Source: an uncultured Thermoplasmatales archaeon
GTDB taxonomy: Archaea > Thermoplasmatota > SW-10-69-26
Assembly: GCA_964464425.1 (NCBI GenBank)
Contig: CAYXGD010000002.1
Span: 1-40,149 of the forward strand
Direction of reading: 5' to 3'
Length of the DNA: 40,149 bases
Below the pieces are notes generated by a model, which searched no databases, was not told where the DNA came from, and worked only from the letters and a program-made list of their open reading frames with translations. Positions 38,086 through 40,149 of the stretch are shown here, piece by piece. The first letter of the stretch is position 1. The number at the start of each line of letters is the position of its first letter. The translations under genes were made by a program, and so were the position numbers.

Positions 38086-38910
38086 CTAGTCGAGCTGCTC
38101 AGCCAGCCTCCGGCAGGTGGCCTCCAGGCGAGCCAGCCGATCCTTGAGGTGCCCGAGCACGATGGCGGTGCCGCGGACCAGCGACCGGGCCAGGTGCCGG
38201 CCGTGGGCGGCCAGGTAGGCGGTCCCCGGGCCCCGCCACTGGACGCTGGGTAGCGCTGGTCGGTGGGGTGCTGGCCCTTGGGGCTCCCAGCCGGCCGGGT
38301 AGACCCGTGAGCGGCCGCGCTCGGTGTGTCGGTCGATGACCGCCTCGGCCTCGAGGGCGGTCACGTGGTGCAAGGTGGCCAGCCGGGTGCTCCCCAGCCG
38401 GACGTGCAGCTGGTCCAGGGACAGGCCGGGTTCGGTGCGGACGAGCTTGGCGAGCTGCCGGCGGTCGAGGTCGTCGAGGGCGAGCCCGTCGGTGACCGCG
38501 TGGGCGGCCCGGAGACCGTGGATCAGCACCCCGCGACGGACGCGGTGCCGGACCGACCAGGCCACCAGCAGCGCGGCCAGGGTCAGCGCGACCACCTGTA
38601 GGGCTTGGCCCGCCTCGGTGGCCAGCAAGCTCGAGGTCGCCGGGTCGATCGGCACGTGGACACCGCTGACCAGGGTGGCCTGCGGTGGCGGGGAGGGAGG
38701 TGGCGGAGGGGGGGCTTCCGGCGCCGGATCGATCAGGTCGAGTTGGGGAGCCTGGAGCGTGTCCGGGTCGTAGGGCTTGAGCTCGCCGGTCCCCTGGGCA
38801 GCCAAGCCACCGCCGGCCACGATCAGGAGGACCGAGAGGACGAGCACCGCCCCTCCAGCCCACGCTGGGACGCGGTGACGCTGCCCTTGCCTGGCGTGGC
38901 TGTGGCTCAT
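38086..38910 (-). CDS. Membrane-tethered winged-helix DNA-binding protein (two TM helices, Pro-rich external loop, cytoplasmic wHTH plus C-terminal helix)
   Basis: From the ATG at 38910: MSHSHARQGQRHRVPAWAGGAVLVLSVLLIVAGGGLAA (TM1), a loop with PPPPPPSPPP, and QALQVVALTLAALLVAWSV (TM2). Next comes the wHTH-like LAKLVRTEPGLSLDQLHVRLGSTRLATLHHVTALEAEAVIDRHTERGRSRVY, then a helical tail. The track ORF opens at 39024. Confidence 0.6.
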   Translation of the reverse strand: MSHSHARQGQRHRVPAWAGGAVLVLSVLLIVAGGGLAAQGTGELKPYDPDTLQAPQLDLIDPAPEAPPPPPPSPPPQATLVSGVHVPIDPATSSLLATEAGQALQVVALTLAALLVAWSVRHRVRRGVLIHGLRAAHAVTDGLALDDLDRRQLAKLVRTEPGLSLDQLHVRLGSTRLATLHHVTALEAEAVIDRHTERGRSRVYPAGWEPQGPAPHRPALPSVQWRGPGTAYLAAHGRHLARSLVRGTAIVLGHLKDRLARLEATCRRLAEQLD

Positions 38911-39079
38911 CGGGCCTCGGGCAGGCTCTGGGCGCCATGGTAGAAGGTCGTTGGTCCTGACACGTTCGGATGGCGTTATCAACGGGCCAGCATGGTGGAG
39001 AAGAAGAGCGGGGGGCGGAGCCACCGCCCCCCGTCCGATGCCCGTGGGACCTTGCGGTCCCGCGTGGCGACGTGGGGGC

Positions 39080-39745
39080 CTAGATGGTGGCGTCGTTGGC
39101 CAGCTTGACCGGCTGGACCGACATGGTCCGCTTACCGATCAGGGCCTTGGCGGTGCCCTTCCCCTCGACGATGACGTCCAGGGTGGCCTTGACCTCGATC
39201 GTGTGCTCGCCGGAGCCGGCGTCCAGGTGGAACCACTCGAAGCCGTGCGTTGCCCTCGTGTCGAGGAACAGCTCGATGGTGGCGTTCTCGTCGGCGAAGT
39301 CGGAGGTCCTCATGGCGAAGTCGCGCTGGCAGAAGACCAGGGTGCCATCGTCGTCCCCGCTGACGGGCACCGGCTGGCCGTCGATCTCCACCCAGACGAT
39401 GACCTGGGCGGCCGAGCGGGCCTCGTCGTTCCCCTTGGTCTTGATGTCGGTGTAGAGCGCGCACTCGGTGTTGACCTCGATCAGCAGGTCGGTCGGGCTC
39501 GAGGTCTTCATCGTCCCGCTCAGCAAGGTGATCTCACCGGACGAGCTGCCACCGGGACCCGCCTGGGTCTCGAGGACCTCGAGGGTCGATCCGCTGACGG
39601 CGATCTTGTCGGCCGGGGCGTGCTCGGCGGTGATCGTCGGCATCAGGAAGACGCCGATGAGGAGCACGCCGAGGACGGCCCCAGCGAGCTTACGGCGGTC
39701 GAAGAACGAGGTAGAGCTGCTGCTATCGGTATCTGCGTCTGACAT
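39080..39745 (-). CDS. Hypothetical membrane-anchored/secreted beta-rich protein
   Basis: From the ATG at 39745: MSDADTDSSSSTSFFDRRKLAGAVLGVLLIGVFLMPTITA (signal anchor), then about 180 aa of beta-rich sequence. No family recognised. Confidence 0.55.
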   Translation of the reverse strand: MSDADTDSSSSTSFFDRRKLAGAVLGVLLIGVFLMPTITAEHAPADKIAVSGSTLEVLETQAGPGGSSSGEITLLSGTMKTSSPTDLLIEVNTECALYTDIKTKGNDEARSAAQVIVWVEIDGQPVPVSGDDDGTLVFCQRDFAMRTSDFADENATIELFLDTRATHGFEWFHLDAGSGEHTIEVKATLDVIVEGKGTAKALIGKRTMSVQPVKLANDATI

Positions 39746-39895
39746 GGTGAACCCTCCCTGGTCAGGGAGGGGCCGGACTCCCGTCAGCGGGGTATGGCCG
39801 TTGCTACGGAACGCTCGAACTGTCCTCCCGGTGACAGGAGGAGGTTGAAGGCAGGGCCACAAGCGGCCCCGCCCAGGTCCTCGGGTCCCTGGCGG

Positions 39896-40149
39896 TCAAG
39901 CCCCGAGCTCGCGCATGTTGGCCTCGATGGCCTGCCCGAACTCGCTGCACTTGACCGGGTCCACGCCGTCCATCTGGCGGGCCAGGTCGTAGGTGACCGT
40001 CTTCTCCATGACCGTCTTGCGGATCCCGTCGCGGACCAGCTTGGCCGCCTCGGTCCAACCCAGGTGCTCGAGCATCAGCACGCCGGAGAGGATCACGCTG
40101 GTCGGGTTGACCTTGTCCATGCCGGCGTACTTGGGCGCGGTGCCGTGGG
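39896..40149 (-). CDS. icd: NADP-dependent isocitrate dehydrogenase, C-terminal part (5' end outside window)
   Basis: Reading through the window edge gives [78 protein letters not shown]. This is nearly colinear with the well-known Icd C-terminus ([15 protein letters not shown]...TVTYDFERLM...KCSEFG). Confidence 0.9.
   Translation of the reverse strand, partial: HGTAPKYAGMDKVNPTSVILSGVLMLEHLGWTEAAKLVRDGIRKTVMEKTVTYDLARQMDGVDPVKCSEFGQAIEANMRELGA

Overview
High-GC (about two-thirds G+C by eye) chromosomal window from an archaeon. Support: ribosomal protein L15e, an intron-containing tRNA-Tyr with the archaeal/eukaryal C1:G72 pair, and A/T-rich TATA-like boxes centred about 25-30 nt upstream of several start codons (leaderless-type mRNAs). 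I cannot place it more finely. I support about 35 protein genes. Most long ORFs in the six-frame track are antisense or out-of-frame shadows typical of GC-rich DNA. Main content in order: (1) a minus-strand operon of a V4R-domain membrane protein, a 1174-aa processive GT2 synthase fused to a GT-C-like polytopic module, and a GH26-like hydrolase. This looks like a synthase-dependent exopolysaccharide system. A 4x Ig-like surface protein is encoded divergently. (2) Housekeeping and miscellaneous genes: double-wHTH regulator, rpl15e, LbH acyltransferase, TIM-barrel isomerase-like protein, Cys/Met PLP enzyme, ACT protein, saccharopine-dehydrogenase-like reductase, purF. This block also holds an odd 604-aa polyacidic protein with six FtsY-like amphipathic motifs. 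(3) A 12-kb multistep phosphorelay island with three paralogous hybrid histidine kinases (two CHASE-type transmembrane, one soluble PAS-GAF; each with two receivers), one fused and one free-standing Hpt, and two paralogous single-domain receivers that share a C-terminal tail. (4) tRNA-Tyr(GUA) followed by two about 98-bp tandem units that each re-copy the tRNA 3' end. (5) A triple-DUF4382 lipoprotein with many N-glycosylation sequons, and msrA. (6) An ancient about 2-kb tandem segmental duplication (TPR / cargo / FMN reductase / membrane wHTH regulator) with swapped cargo genes and still-open gene fragments at the junction. (7) The icd 3' end. Local tandem duplication recurs: 161 bp at a gene 3' end, about 98 bp at the tRNA, and about 2 kb at the FMN-reductase locus. 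All family calls come from motif recognition by eye; no searches were run.
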